From contig NIVC01001077.1 of assembly GCA_002269645.1 (NCBI GenBank), forward strand, positions 62,001 to 126,000: DNA of 64,000 bases. The letters run 5' to 3'. Positions within the stretch are counted from its first letter, which is position 1. Each line of letters opens with the position of its first letter. Origin of the DNA: Macrostomum lignano. Lineage: Eukaryota. The position numbers were made by a program, and so were the translations under genes. Below, piece by piece: positions 34,121 through 46,916 of this stretch. Below the pieces are notes generated by a model that saw nothing but the letters and a program-made list of their open reading frames with translations, had not been told where the DNA came from and searched no databases.

Positions 34121-35759
34121 CCCCCCTAGTCTTTCAGTGTGGTGGTAGTACGAGTAGATAGGTAAGTCGCAAATCTGAACAAAACTAAGTTGCACCAGAT
34201 GGGTGAAATTTTGAGGTTGGGCATGTATAGATAGAGGCAAAGCTAAAAGAGAAAGGGGTGGCAAATCAATTGTTACTTAGTACATTAAAAGCCATTGGGA
34301 GCTACTGAAAGCTATAAGAAAGAAATTGAAGTTCTGCGTAAGGAATGTAAGCACCTTCAAAAGTATAAGGCAAGGAAGCCCAGCAAGTAATGGAGGAAAT
34401 GCTAAAGTAGAAGGCACATGAGCTGTCAATGGCTATATGTTGCTATGACCCTTGTGAGCAAGCTGCCAAAAATCCTAAAAGAACTGACAATTTTTTAAAA
34501 TGTTGCTTAGGGTTAGGATTAAACTAGCTTGTGTTTCTACTTTGTGACTTCATTTTGTGTGAAAATACAAGACAACCAAAACAAAAAACAGCCAAAAAAT
34601 TTCAAATTAAAATTTCATGGAAAGGAAAATTTGTATTTGCTTTTCTTTGTGCTTTTTTCATTTTTATAGCACATAAAAAGTAGAATATTCAAGTGGTGGC
34701 TTTTTTATCTAGTTGTACATACAATACCTATATATGAACCTCTAGAAACTGAGGCGCAAAATTTTTAAGCAGGTGCAAAAAGTTGCACTATGTCACTCCA
34801 AATACTGGATATAAGGATAGACAAAATTGATGATTGTCCCAAAGTTGAACCAGCAAAAAATGAGAATAAATAAAAAAGAATAAAAAGTTAAAAACAGTAT
34901 AGTATCATATCTATGTTTTCTCTTTCAAAAAATTAATTAAAAACAGAGAACATGGCTAATGATAGCATAATGTTGAATTTGCATGTTGAAAGTGGGAGAC
35001 TGAGCTTTAATGCCCAGAGCCTCAAGGATCTTAAGCTTGTAGCTAGATAAGTTTTAATTAAGAATTTTAAAGAGTTTTTCAGGCCTATAATTTGAATATT
35101 CTAAGAGATAAATATGAGTGAGTATTCTAAAAGATAAGTTTGTTGACTGACTTAGTATTCTCTATGTAGGAGATGCTTTGATAAACAGCAGTTAAAGCGA
35201 GATGGTAGATTTTTTATGAAAAGTACATTTTCCAAGGCATATTGCCCATAATGTACCTAATTTATTTAGACATTATATTTATTATAAAGATTATATCATA
35301 CTTTATCAAAATGTAACTTGCATTATTCCATAATTACAAGCATAATTTTTTAATGATTTTTGAAAGCTTAATGGTTTGTTGGTATCTATGTGATCAATTA
35401 AAGAAAAATAAGTAGACTAATTATTTTTAAAATTTAAGATTTAAAATTTAATTTTTAAGTAGGCAGCTTTACCCATATGAATATAAAGACCACAAATGAT
35501 AAGCAGTCCAGCTTTTCGCAAAAATGGGAGTATCTGATTTCAATTTCAGCACTATTATGTGAGCATAAATTTTTATAATAATGCCAAGTTATATTATTTC
35601 TAATAGTTTGGAATCTAAGATTACACTTAAAATAACTATATTGGAAAGTTCAAACTGTTTTTTAGTAATTTTGTATAAAACCTTGTCTTCAATAATTTAC
35701 TTGCTTGCTTTGAATTCAAATTGTTTTCTCTTACAGATATTTAGCTAAATTATAAAAAT

Positions 35760-37254
35760 ATGACTACTGTTGACAAGACCACTGTCAAGTCAGATAGTGA
35801 CTGGAAGCAAGTACTCACACCTGAGCAATATCATGTCACACGTGAGAAAGGAACTGAGGCTCCTTTCACTGGAAAGTTTGATAAATTCTTTAAAGATGGC
35901 ACTTATTCGTGTGTTTGCTGCAAGACTCCACTATTTCGGTATGTTTATAATGTCATAGCTTTTTTACTACCTTACCTACATGCCAGATCGTTTTATAATG
36001 CTTCTAGTGGTTAATTTTCTTGGTAGTAACAGTTTAACTTGTTTTGTAAGTAATTTGTTCCACATTGTCCAGCTTCTGTACTGGTAAGTACAGAACAAAG
36101 TGCATAATGCCTGATAGTGAGAAGGTTTAGCCTGCCATACACCATGTCAGAGTATACGCCTGCATATGCTTATACTCAAGGACTTAAGAGTCAGTGGAAT
36201 GAGTAGGTATAATTGCTCACTTTCTCACTGGCTGAGTTGACTGTCGACTTGCCCTTGATTTGTGACAGCCCTTCCCCTACTGCTAGCAAAGACTTACCCG
36301 ATCACTGACTGACTCACTGACTTACCCAATGACTGACTGACTGACTGACTGACTGATTAATGACTGACTGACTGACTGACTGATTAATGACTGACTGACT
36401 GACTGACTGACTGACTGACTGACTGACTGACTGACTGATTAATGACTGACTGACTGACTGACTGATTAATGACTGACTGACTGACTGACTGATTAATGAC
36501 TGACTGACTGACTGACTGACTGACTGATTAATGACTGACTGACTGACTGACTGACTGACTGACTGACTGACTGACTGACTGACTGACTGACTGACTGACT
36601 GACTGACTGACTGACTGACTGACTGACTGACTGACTGACTGACTGACTGACTGACTGACTGACTGACTGACTGACTGATTAATGACTGACTGACTGACTG
36701 ACTGACTGACTGACTGACTGACTGACTGACTGACTGACTGACTGACTGACTGATTAATGACTGACTGACTGACTGACTGACTGACTGACTGACTGACTGA
36801 CTGACTGACAATGTCTGACTGACTGACTGACTGACTGACAATGTCTGACTGACTGACTGACTGACTGACAATGTCTGACTGACTGACTGACTGACTGACA
36901 ATGTCTGACTGACTGACTGACTGACTGACAATGACTGACTGGCAGACTCACTCACACTCATTAACTAACTTACCGGCCACCCTGCTCACCCCCTTCAGCT
37001 CTGAGTACAAGTACAACTCCGGCTGCGGCTGGCCGGCATTTTTCAAAGCGGATGACGCCGAGGCGAGAATCGTTCGCCATCCGGACGACAGCATCCCTGG
37101 CCGGCCGCGCGTTGAAGTTCTGTGCCGCTCGTGCGGCGCCCACCTCGGCCACGTGTTCCAGGACGGGCCGCAGCCGACTGGTGAGCGCTACTGCATCAAC
37201 TCGGCCTGTTTGAACTTCGCCTCCGCTGACGGCGCGATCTGCGAGAGCGGCTGA
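35760..37254 (+). CDS. MSRB: Methionine-R-sulfoxide reductase B (Zn-binding, Cys-type), 144 aa
   Basis: Exons 35760-35938 and 36999-37254 (GT-AG, phase 2). [62 protein letters not shown]. Confidence 0.95.
36300..36945. repeat. (CTGA)n microsatellite with ttaa and caatgt interruptions in the MsrB intron
   Basis: Directly visible. Confidence 0.95.
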
Positions 37255-37344
37255 GTGCGCCTCTGCTTAACTGGCTCTTCTGGGCACCTCGAGAACCGAA
37301 ACTGAACTTGCATAGTCAAATCAAGTTGATTGCTTTGCATGAGA

Positions 37345-40045
37345 ATGAGACCATGAGAATCTTCCCAGGTGATCCTTCTGAGAATCGTCCCAGATTATCC
37401 CTATGAGAATCGTCCTAGATTATCCCCATGAGAATCGTCCTAGATCATCCCCATAAGAATCGTCCCAGATTATCCCTATGAGAATCTTCCCAGATTATCC
37501 CTATGAGTATCTTTCCAGATTATCCCCATGAGAATCTTTCCAGATTATCCCCATGAGAATCTTTCCAGATTATCCCCATGAGAATCGTCCCAGATTATCC
37601 CATGAAAATCTTCCCAGATTATCCCTATGAAAATCTTCCCAGATTATCCCTATGAGAATCTTTCCAGATTATCCCCATGAGAATCTGCCCAGATTATCTC
37701 CATGAGAATCTTTCCAGATTATCCCTATGAGAATCTTTCCAGATTATCCCCATGATAATCTTTCCAGATTATCCCCATGAGAATCTTTCCAGATTATCCC
37801 CATGAGAATCTTTCCAGATTATCCCCATGAGAATCTTTCCAGATTATCCCCATGATAATCTTTCCAGATTATCCCCATGAGAATCTTTCCAGATTATCCC
37901 CATGAGAATCTTCCCAGATTATCCCTATGAGAATCTTTCCAGATTATCCCCATGAGAATCTGCCCAGATTATCTCCATGAGAATCTTTCCAGATTATCCC
38001 TATGAGAATCTTTCCAGATTATCCCCATGATAATCTTTCCAGATTATCCCCATGAGAATCTTTCCAGATTATCCCCATGAGAATCTTTCCAGATTATCCC
38101 CATGAGAATCGTCCCAGATTATCCCATGAAAATCTTCCCAGATTATCCCTATGAAAATCTTCCCAGATTATCCCTATGAGAATCTTTCCAGATTATCCCC
38201 ATGAGAATCTGCCCAGATTATCTCCATGAGAATCTTTCCAGATTATCCCTATGAGAATCTTTCCAGATTATCCCCATGATAATCTTTCCAGATTATCCCC
38301 ATGAGTATCTTCCCAGATTATCCCTATGAGAATCTTTCCAGATTATCCCCATGAGAATCTTTCCAGATTATCCCCATGAGAATCGTCCCAGATTATCCCC
38401 ATGAGAATCGTCCCAGATTATCCTCATGAGAATCGTCCCAGATTATCTCCATGAGAATCTTTCCAGATTATCCCCATGAGAATCGTCCCAGATTATCCCA
38501 TGAAAATCTTCCCAGATTATCCCTATGAGAATCTTTCCAGATTATCCCCATGAGAATCTGCCCAGATTATCTCCATGAGAATCTTTCCAGATTATCCCTA
38601 TGAGAATCTTTCCAGATTATCCCCATGAGAATCTTTCCAGATTATCCCCATGAGAATCGTCCCAGATTATCCTCATGAGAATCGTCCCAGATTATCTCCA
38701 TGAGAATCTTTCCAGATTATCCCCATGAGAATCGTCCCAGATTATCCCATGAAAATCTTCCCAGATTATCCCTATGAGAATCTTTCCAGATTATCCCCAT
38801 GAGAATCTGCCCAGATTATCTCCATGAGAATCTTTCCAGATTATCCCTATGAGAATCTTTCCAGATTATCCCCATGAGAATCTTTCCAGATTATCCCCAT
38901 GAGAATCTTTCCAGATTATCCCCATGAAAATCTTCCCAGATTATCCCTATGAGAATCTTTCCAGATTATCCCCATCAGAATCTGCCCAGATTATCCCCAT
39001 GAGAATCTTCCCAGATTATCTCCATGAGAATCTTTCCAGATTATCCCTATGAGAATCTTTCCAGATTATCCCCATGAGAATCTTTCCAGATTATCCCCAT
39101 GAGAATCTTCCCAGATTATCTCCATGAGAATCTTCCCAGATTATCTCCATGAGAATCTTTCCAGATTATCCCCATGAGAATTGTCCCAGATTATCTCAAT
39201 GAGAATCTTCCCAGATTATCTTTATGAGAATCTCCCAGATTATCCCCATGAGAATTGTCCCAGATTATCTCCATGAGAATCTTTCCAGATTATCCCTATG
39301 AGAATCTTTCCAGATTATCCCCATGAGAATCTTTCCAGATTATCCCCATGAGAATCGTCCCAGATTATCCTCATGAGAATCGTCCCAGATTATCTCCATG
39401 AGAATCTTTCCAGATTATCCCCATGAGAATCGTCCCAGATTATCCCATGAAAATCTTCCCAGATTATCCCTATGAGAATCTTTCCAGATTATCCCCATGA
39501 GAATCTGCCCAGATTATCTCCATGAGAATCTTTCCAGATTATCCCTATGAGAATCTTTCCAGATTATCCCCATGAGAATCTTTCCAGATTATCCCCATGA
39601 GAATCTTTCCAGATTATCCCCATGAAAATCTTCCCAGATTATCCCTATGAGAATCTTTCCAGATTATCCCCATCAGAATCTGCCCAGATTATCCCCATGA
39701 GAATCTTCCCAGATTATCTCCATGAGAATCTTTCCAGATTATCCCTATGAGAATCTTTCCAGATTATCCCCATGAGAATCTTCCCAGATTATCTCCATGA
39801 GAATCTTCCCAGATTATCTCCATGAGAATCTTTCCAGATTATCCCCATGAGAATTGTCCCAGATTATCTCAATGAGAATCTTCCCAGATTATCTTTATGA
39901 GAATCTCCCAGATTATCCCCATGAGAATTGTCCCAGATTATCTCAATGAGAATCTTCCCAGATTATCTTCATGAGAATCTCCCAGATTATCCCCATGAGA
40001 ATTGTCCCAGATTATCTCTATAAGATGATTCCCGGATTATCCCCC
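37345..40045. repeat. 25-bp minisatellite, ~105 copies, starting ~90 bp after the MsrB stop
   Basis: Unit gagaatctttccagattatccccat, with higher-order variant blocks. Confidence 0.95.
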
Positions 40046-40429
40046 ATTAGAATCGCTCATATCAGTTTTAGTGACTTTAGTAAGTTCACATGCTTGATTT
40101 TTCCCAATTTTGGCAATATGAATATTTCTTGCAATTTTTACTGAATTTACTTCTGTTTTGAGATTTTGCAACAAAATTAATTGCTCATTTTATTCGCCTC
40201 AATTTTCTAGGTGCTAGCAAAGTGTTTGCACTAAAATGTACTGTTCAATCATTAATTGCCCGTCTTATGCAGTCGGATTTTAATTTTGCGAGAAATAAAA
40301 ATATTTTCTCTCTTATTAATTTTTGCAATGATTTTTTTACTCTAAAGTTTGTTTTTCAAGGTTTAGTTAGCTTGGGTTCTTTGTCACATCTACCAAACTA
40401 ACGTTATTCTGTTTAATCTCTGGGAATAT

Positions 40430-41502
40430 GCCTCTCCACTACATGAATCTGCTTCTCCACTACATGAATCTGCTTCTCCACTACATGAATCTGCTTCTCC
40501 ACTACATGAATCTGCTTCTCCACTACATGAATCTGCCTCTCCACTACATGAATCTGCCTCTCCACTTTGTGAATCTGCCTCTCCACTACATGAATCTGCT
40601 TCTCCACTACATGAATCTGCTTCTCCACTACATGAATCTGCCTCTCCACTTTGTGAATCTGCCTCTCCACTTTGTGAATCTGCCTCTCCACTACATGAAT
40701 CTGCCTCTCCACTAGATGAATCTGCCTCTCCACTACATGAATCTGCCTCTCCACTACATGAATCTGCCTCTCCACTACATGAATCTGCCTCTCCACTACA
40801 TGAATCTGCCTCTCCACTACATGAATCTGCCTCTCCACTTTGTGAATTTGCCTCTCCACTACATGAATCTGCCTCTCCACTTTGTGAATCTGCCTCTCCA
40901 CTACATGAATCTGCCTCTCCACTACATGAATCTGCCTCTCCACTACATGAATCTGCCTCTCCACTACATGAATCTGCCTCTCCACTACATGAATCTGCCT
41001 CTCCACTACATGAATCTGCCTCTCCACTACATGAATCTGCCTCTCCACTACATGAATCTGCCTCTCCACTTTGTGAATTTGCCTCTCCACTACATGAATC
41101 TGCCTCTCCACTTTGTGAATCTGCCTCTCCACTACATGAATCTGCCTCTCCACTACATGAATCTGCCTCTCCACTACATGAATCTGCCTCTCCACTACAT
41201 GAATCTGCCTCTCCACTACATGAATCTGCCTCTCCACTACATGAATCTGCCTCTCCACTACATGAATCTGCCTCTCCACTGCATGAATCTGCCTCTCCAC
41301 TACATGAATCTGCCCCTCCACTACATGAATCTGCCTCTCCACTACATGAATCTGCCTCTTCACTACATGAATCTGCCCCTCCACTACATGAATCTGCCCC
41401 TCCACTACATGTATCTGCCTCTCCACTACATGAATCTGCTTCTCCACTACATCAATCTGCCTCTCCACTATATGAATCTGCCTCTCCACTACATGAATCT
41501 AC
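40430..41502. repeat. 21-bp minisatellite, ~50 copies, upstream of ADA
   Basis: Unit ctacatgaatctgcctctcca; source of the LHYMNLP and ERQIHVV shadow ORFs. Confidence 0.95.
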
Positions 41503-42188
41503 ATGAATTTTATGGAAAATTTAAACTCATTCAAAATGGGCGACTCAAAAGCACGCTAGGCTGAAAAAGGCACTTCATTTTTATACTGTACGATTAAACA
41601 AAATTTTAGTTTCTATTTCTATCCCCAAAACCGCTGGCAACGATCCAACTCTAGCCAAAACTCTCCACTCTCTCATCACCAGCCTAAGCAGGGGGCCTTG
41701 TGACGCAAATTGCATCACCCAACAGGTTGTTGAGACGAGAGCCGCGGGCGTGGTGTGAATGGCGTCACTTGGGTCTGAGATCTGAGGAAAGTTTCAGGGG
41801 GGGGGGACTTAAACATGTTGCTGATTGTAAAAACCTCAAAGCGTTCTCTTGTCAGTTATATGCTTTGTTCTCTTGCTTCTATGCTTCTCTTTGGCCGCTA
41901 TTTTTCTGTGCAGATAAAAAACTGCTAAAGGTGCAGTGCCAATGCTCTGCCTTAGATTTGGCCTTATCAAATTTACTGAGAGTTACACACCCTTCTCTAA
42001 CCCTTCTCTAATTACTAGGGAGAGTACAGTGCTCTTCATCTCCGCTGTACAGCTGGGAAGGAGTGTACAGTGTGAGTATACTACACGCTTGGTCTTCAAA
42101 TATAATTAGGCTTGCATGGCGGCACCAGCGTGTTTTAGCTGGGTGTTCTATAGCACAGGGTCTCCGGTCAGAACACTGAAATCCTACA

Positions 42189-43893
42189 ATGTCCCGCGAT
42201 GTTGAAGAGATTCAGCGGCAAAGTTTGCACCGCGTGGAGCTGCACTGCCACCTGGAGGGTGCCCTCCGACCGGCCACGGTGCTCCAAGTAGCCCGGCGTC
42301 GCGGGCTCAAAGCGCCGGCCGACACGCCGGAGGCTTTTGCCGAATTTCTGCGCCGAAAATCGCCATCATCATTGGCTGAATTTCTCGCCTATTTTCCCCA
42401 GCTGGTGGAGTTTGCGGCCGGTGATCGCGAAGCTATCGGTCAGTTGGCGCAGGACTTCGTGGCCGATTGTGCCAGCAACTGTGTCTGCTACGTTGAGAGT
42501 CGTTTCTGCCCGAGCCTGTTCGCCAACTCTGAGCTGTCGGCCGAGGGCGTGCTCAGAGCCGTGCTAGAAGGCTTCGAGGTTGGGTCGGCTCGACACGGAG
42601 TAAAAGTTCGGGCTATCCTGTGCGCTCTGAGGAATGATCCAGGTAGCTTCCCAGGAGATTCTTGAGTGGGTCTCTCGCTTTTAACTCTTGGCTATTCCTG
42701 CCGTTCTTAAATAACTCCTTCCGGAAATTTTTGCAACAGACCCGTACTACGAGTAATTTCTATCTAAGTAACCTTACTTTGCAACAAACACACGAATGAA
42801 GTTATCGAACAAAGAAGCGCCGGCTAGATGTTAGGTTATAATAAATCAATCGCTTCAACATAAAGTGCGTTCCCTGAGGCTGCAATTATGGGAATAGTCT
42901 AATTCTGCTTAATAAATTAAAGCAATTGCTTGGCTCAAAATGGCCACTTTCGAGCAGAATCAAGGCTCGATTCCAAGTGCAGTCACATTACGCCGTAATT
43001 TGGGTCTAAATTGGAATCTTGGCTTGGCAAGTGTACATGCCTAACGATAAATAAAGTCTGGGCTGCTGTACACTCCTGTGTGAGTGCCTGTGCGTATGAC
43101 TGCGTACGTATCCGCGCGCTTGTGTGCCTGCTCAGGGGAGTCTGGGGCGAAATTAGCAGTAATGCCTCTCGCCGGTTGTGTGACAATGTCGCTTAAATAC
43201 ATTTAAATGTGCTGAGATCTCCCTGTTCTCACTAACTTTACCAGAGTACAAGCAGTCCTTCAATAAACAGCCTATACACTCCCCTCTGGCGCAGACGGCA
43301 GCTCGGAGACGCTGACCCTGGCCAAAGCCTACTCAACTCACGGCGTTGTCGGCGTTGACCTCGCCGGCGACGATCGAGCCGACGAGCTAGCCGGCGGCAC
43401 CTCGCCGAAGCTGATAGAACTCTTTCGTCAGGCCTCCGCCGCCGGGCTGCACAGGACAGTTCACGCGGGCGAGAACTCCGGCTCGGCTCTGGTCAGCGAG
43501 GCGCTGGACAAGATGAACGCCGAACGGATCGGGCACGGCTATCACTGTCTGGACGATCCGGCTGTCTATCAGCAGATCTTGCAGCGTCGGGTGCACCTGG
43601 AGGTGTGCCCACTGTCCAGCCGCCTGACGGGAGCCGTGCTGTCCGACTGGCCGCACCATCCGGTGCACCGGTTCGCCAGCGATCGGGCCAGCTATTCTAT
43701 TAACTCGGACGATCCAACCTTCACTGGCCAGTGGCTGGCTGAGGAATACCGACTGTGCGCTGAGCAGGTCGGGCTGCCGCCATGGGAGTTGGTTAAGGCG
43801 AACTACAATGCCGCTTGGGCCAGCTTCCTGCCTGATGAGGAGCGGCAACTGTTACTGGGACAGCTAAACGACTACTATAGGGTCAGGCTTTGA
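42189..43893 (+). CDS. ADA: Adenosine deaminase (amidohydrolase, ADA family), 350 aa
   Basis: Exons 42189-42642 and 43295-43893 (GT-AG, phase 1). Metal/catalytic motifs ELHCHLEG, VGVDLAG, TVHAGE, RIGHG, EVCPLSS, INSDDP. Confidence 0.92.
42963..43195 (+). mobile_element. 5'-truncated copy of the tRNA-derived SINE in the ADA intron
   Basis: ggctcgattccaagtgcagtcacatta..gcgtacgtatccgcgcgcttgtgtgcctg is the reverse complement of segments of the 33763-34120 copy. Confidence 0.7.
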
Positions 43894-43928
43894 GTTGGCT
43901 GGGGGGGGGGAAGCGTTAATTGTTTGTG

Positions 43929-44797
43929 GCATCTGTAGATAGAATGAGAAACAGTAGATAAACTCTATTGTCTACTACAGACTATACAGCATCTGTAGAT
44001 AGAATGAGAAACAGTAGATAAACTCTATTGTCTACTACAGTCTATACAGCATCTGTAGATAGAATGAGAAACAGTAGATAAACTCTATTGTCTACTACAG
44101 TCTATACAGCATCTGTAGATAGAATGAGAAACTGTAGATAAACTCTATTGTCTACTACAGACTATACAGCATCTGTAGATAGAATGAGAAACAGTAGATA
44201 ACCTCTATTGTCTACCACAGTCTATACAGCATCTGTAGATAGAATGAGAAACAGTAGATAAACTCTATTGTCTACTACAGTCTATACAGCATCTGTAGAT
44301 AGAATGAGAAACTGTAGATAAACTCTATTGTCTACTACAGACTATACAGCATCTGTAGATAGAATGAGAAACAGTAGATAAACTCTATTGTCTACTACAG
44401 ACTATACAGCATCTGTAGATAGAATGAGAAACAGTAGATAAACTCTATTGTCTACTACAGACTATACAGCATCTGTAGATAGAATGAGAAACAGTAGATA
44501 AACTCTATTGTCTACTACAGACTATACAGCATCTGTAGATAGAATGAGAAACAGTAGATAAACTCTATTGTCTACTACAGACTATACAGCATCTGTAGAT
44601 AGAATGAGAAACAGTAGATAAACTCTATTGTCTACTACAGACTATACAGCATCTGTAGATAGAATGAGAAACAGTAGATAAACTCTATTGTCTACTACAG
44701 ACTATACAGCATCTGTAGATAGAATGAGAAACAGTAGATAAACTCTATTGTCTACTACAGACTATACAGCATCTGTAGATAGAATGAGAAACAGTAA
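43929..44797. repeat. Near-perfect 60-bp minisatellite, ~14.5 copies, just after the ADA stop
   Basis: Consecutive 60-nt lines are nearly identical: actatacagcatctgtagatagaatgagaaacagtagataaactctattgtctactacag. Confidence 0.97.
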
Positions 44798-45404
44798 ATA
44801 ATTTGTGTGTGTGACATTTAGAAATAGGTAAAAATAGTTTTTCAAGAAAATTCTTGACCTGATACATGCAGATAATTATGCGCTGTTTCACTACTTTAAT
44901 TTAAGTAGTATATATGCGTGACTCTCCAATGGAAAATTGGAAAACTCCATGACGTCAAAAGATTTTGCTTCGAATTTCGAAGAGCCCTTGCTTCAAGAAA
45001 CACAATTAATTGATTACCTCGACTAGTATTTTAAAGGCATTAATAGATTTACCTATAACTTTGCGTCAGTTCTGTGGCAGACACTTTTGCTGCTTTTAAT
45101 GGTCAATTGCTCATCTTGTTTGCTTCTGGAAGCGCCAATTTTGAAATTTGAGCCATTTAATACTTGAGAACTGTTGGTCAACATTGTTATTTTGTGCTCA
45201 TGCTATCTCTATTGGCTTTTATTATTATTTCAAATGACTGTCATACTTTTTATAACTCAGTTTCATCTTTTTGGCAAGGATTTTAACAACTGATGCTCGT
45301 AAACAGCAAATGCATACATCAGATTTAAATTGACTTCTTTTCCGTATTTTGTTACACTGGCATGCTAGAGGGAATGGAAGATTGATGAAAAGGAAGGGTG
45401 ATGG

Positions 45405-45651
45405 GGTGAGATGAAGGGAGATGGATAGAGCGGGAAATGACGAGAGAGGAAGAGAGATGGGGAGAGAGGAAGGGAGATGGGGAGAGAGGAAGGGAGATGG
45501 GGAGAGAGGAAGGGAGATGGGGAGAGAGGAAGGGAGATGGGGAGAGAGGAAGGGAGATGGGGAGAGAGGAAGGGAGATGGGGAGAGAGGAAGGGAGATGG
45601 GGAGAGAGGAAGGGAGATGGGGAGAGAGGAAGGGAGATGGAGAGAGAGAGG

Positions 45652-45686
<35 letters not shown>

Positions 45687-45712
45687 AGAGAGAGAGAGAA
45701 GAGAGAGAGAGA

Positions 45713-45745
<33 letters not shown>
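45405..45745. repeat. Purine-rich 20-bp repeat (ggggagagaggaagggagat)n followed by (GA)n
   Basis: Directly visible. Confidence 0.92.
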
Positions 45746-46659
45746 GAATGTGGAGAGATACAGGGAGATAAGGAATATAATGTCTTTTTTCCGCCTTCTT
45801 ACATACGCAGCTGTGTTTCCGTTGCCATCTATACTCTACGCGTTTAAACAAGGCTACGTTGGCTGAATTAAAAGGTGTATGACTCACTAAGGTCTTTCGT
45901 CGGACTGCCATGGACCATAATATTGTAACACACTGCTAAGCGTACGTGAAAACCAGGCCTGTACATTTGCTGTTACGTAACTGAAGCCCTTCCCTTTGGA
46001 CCCCCGGAGGGGTAAAGCGAGGGTCGGGGCAAGAGAGGGAGACAGAGACAGTGAGGGGAGATAATTATAAAGGCGTACAACTAACTGTACACTGAAGCCT
46101 AGATGTACAGGATAGGGTAAGGGCAATTATTCCGCCGCCACTTTAAATTCAGCCACCCTTGCCCCCCCCTCTCCCCTCCACAGACCCCCTTGCATATCAA
46201 ACAAACTGAACAGGCAATCCCCATAACCAAGGTAAGGCCTTGCTTAGTAAATCTGCGAGCGTATAGGCTCCAATAAAAGGAGCAAACAACAGCACATTTA
46301 TTTAGCTCCTTAATTTCTACGAGAGGAGGAATTACACAGGACGGTTTCTGTCTTAGGCCTAAATCAGTATCGGTGAGTGGAATGGCAATGCATTAAGTAT
46401 TATTCATTTACTACGCTTTACTAAATCGTTGGCATTATTGACAATATTTTTCACACTACTATGGTTCTTTTTTGTTCTCTATTGATACATAACACTTAAC
46501 AAATAGCTAGGGTTGCGTAGGAAAGAAATAGGATTATTAACTTCAATTATTTTAATTATTTAAGTCAGACGAGGCTTACAATTCTCCAAAATGAGTCAGG
46601 TGACAGGTCAGATGGGGCTTCTACCTTCTATTATAAAAAATCAGTCAGGTGCGGCTTCA

Positions 46660-46790
46660 AAATCTGAAAATGTGTCAGACGAGGCTTCAATAATCTGAAA
46701 TTGTGTCAGACGAGGCTTCAATAATCTGAAAATGTGTCAGAAAAGGCTTCAATATTCTGAAAATGCGTCAGACGAGGCTTCAGTTCTATA
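46660..46790. repeat. ~31-bp repeat x4-5 upstream of the innexin ATG
   Basis: aatctgaaaatgtgtcagacgaggcttcaat units. Confidence 0.8.
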
Positions 46791-46916
46791 AAATAAATTA
46801 GGTTGAGTCACAATCGTCTAAAATGAGGCAGATAAGGATTCAATTATAAAACCGTGCAACATATAAAAATTGTCCGTGCGCACCCCCGCCTCAGGCCCGC
46901 TGGCACCGCTGCAACA

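Noticed and set aside
35760-37254. Selenoprotein MsrB1
   Set aside because: The catalytic position is TGC (RYCINS); there is no in-frame UGA.
37345-44797. Regularly spaced 21-60-bp repeats resembling CRISPR arrays
   Set aside because: Head-to-tail repeats without unique spacers, no cas genes, eukaryotic context.
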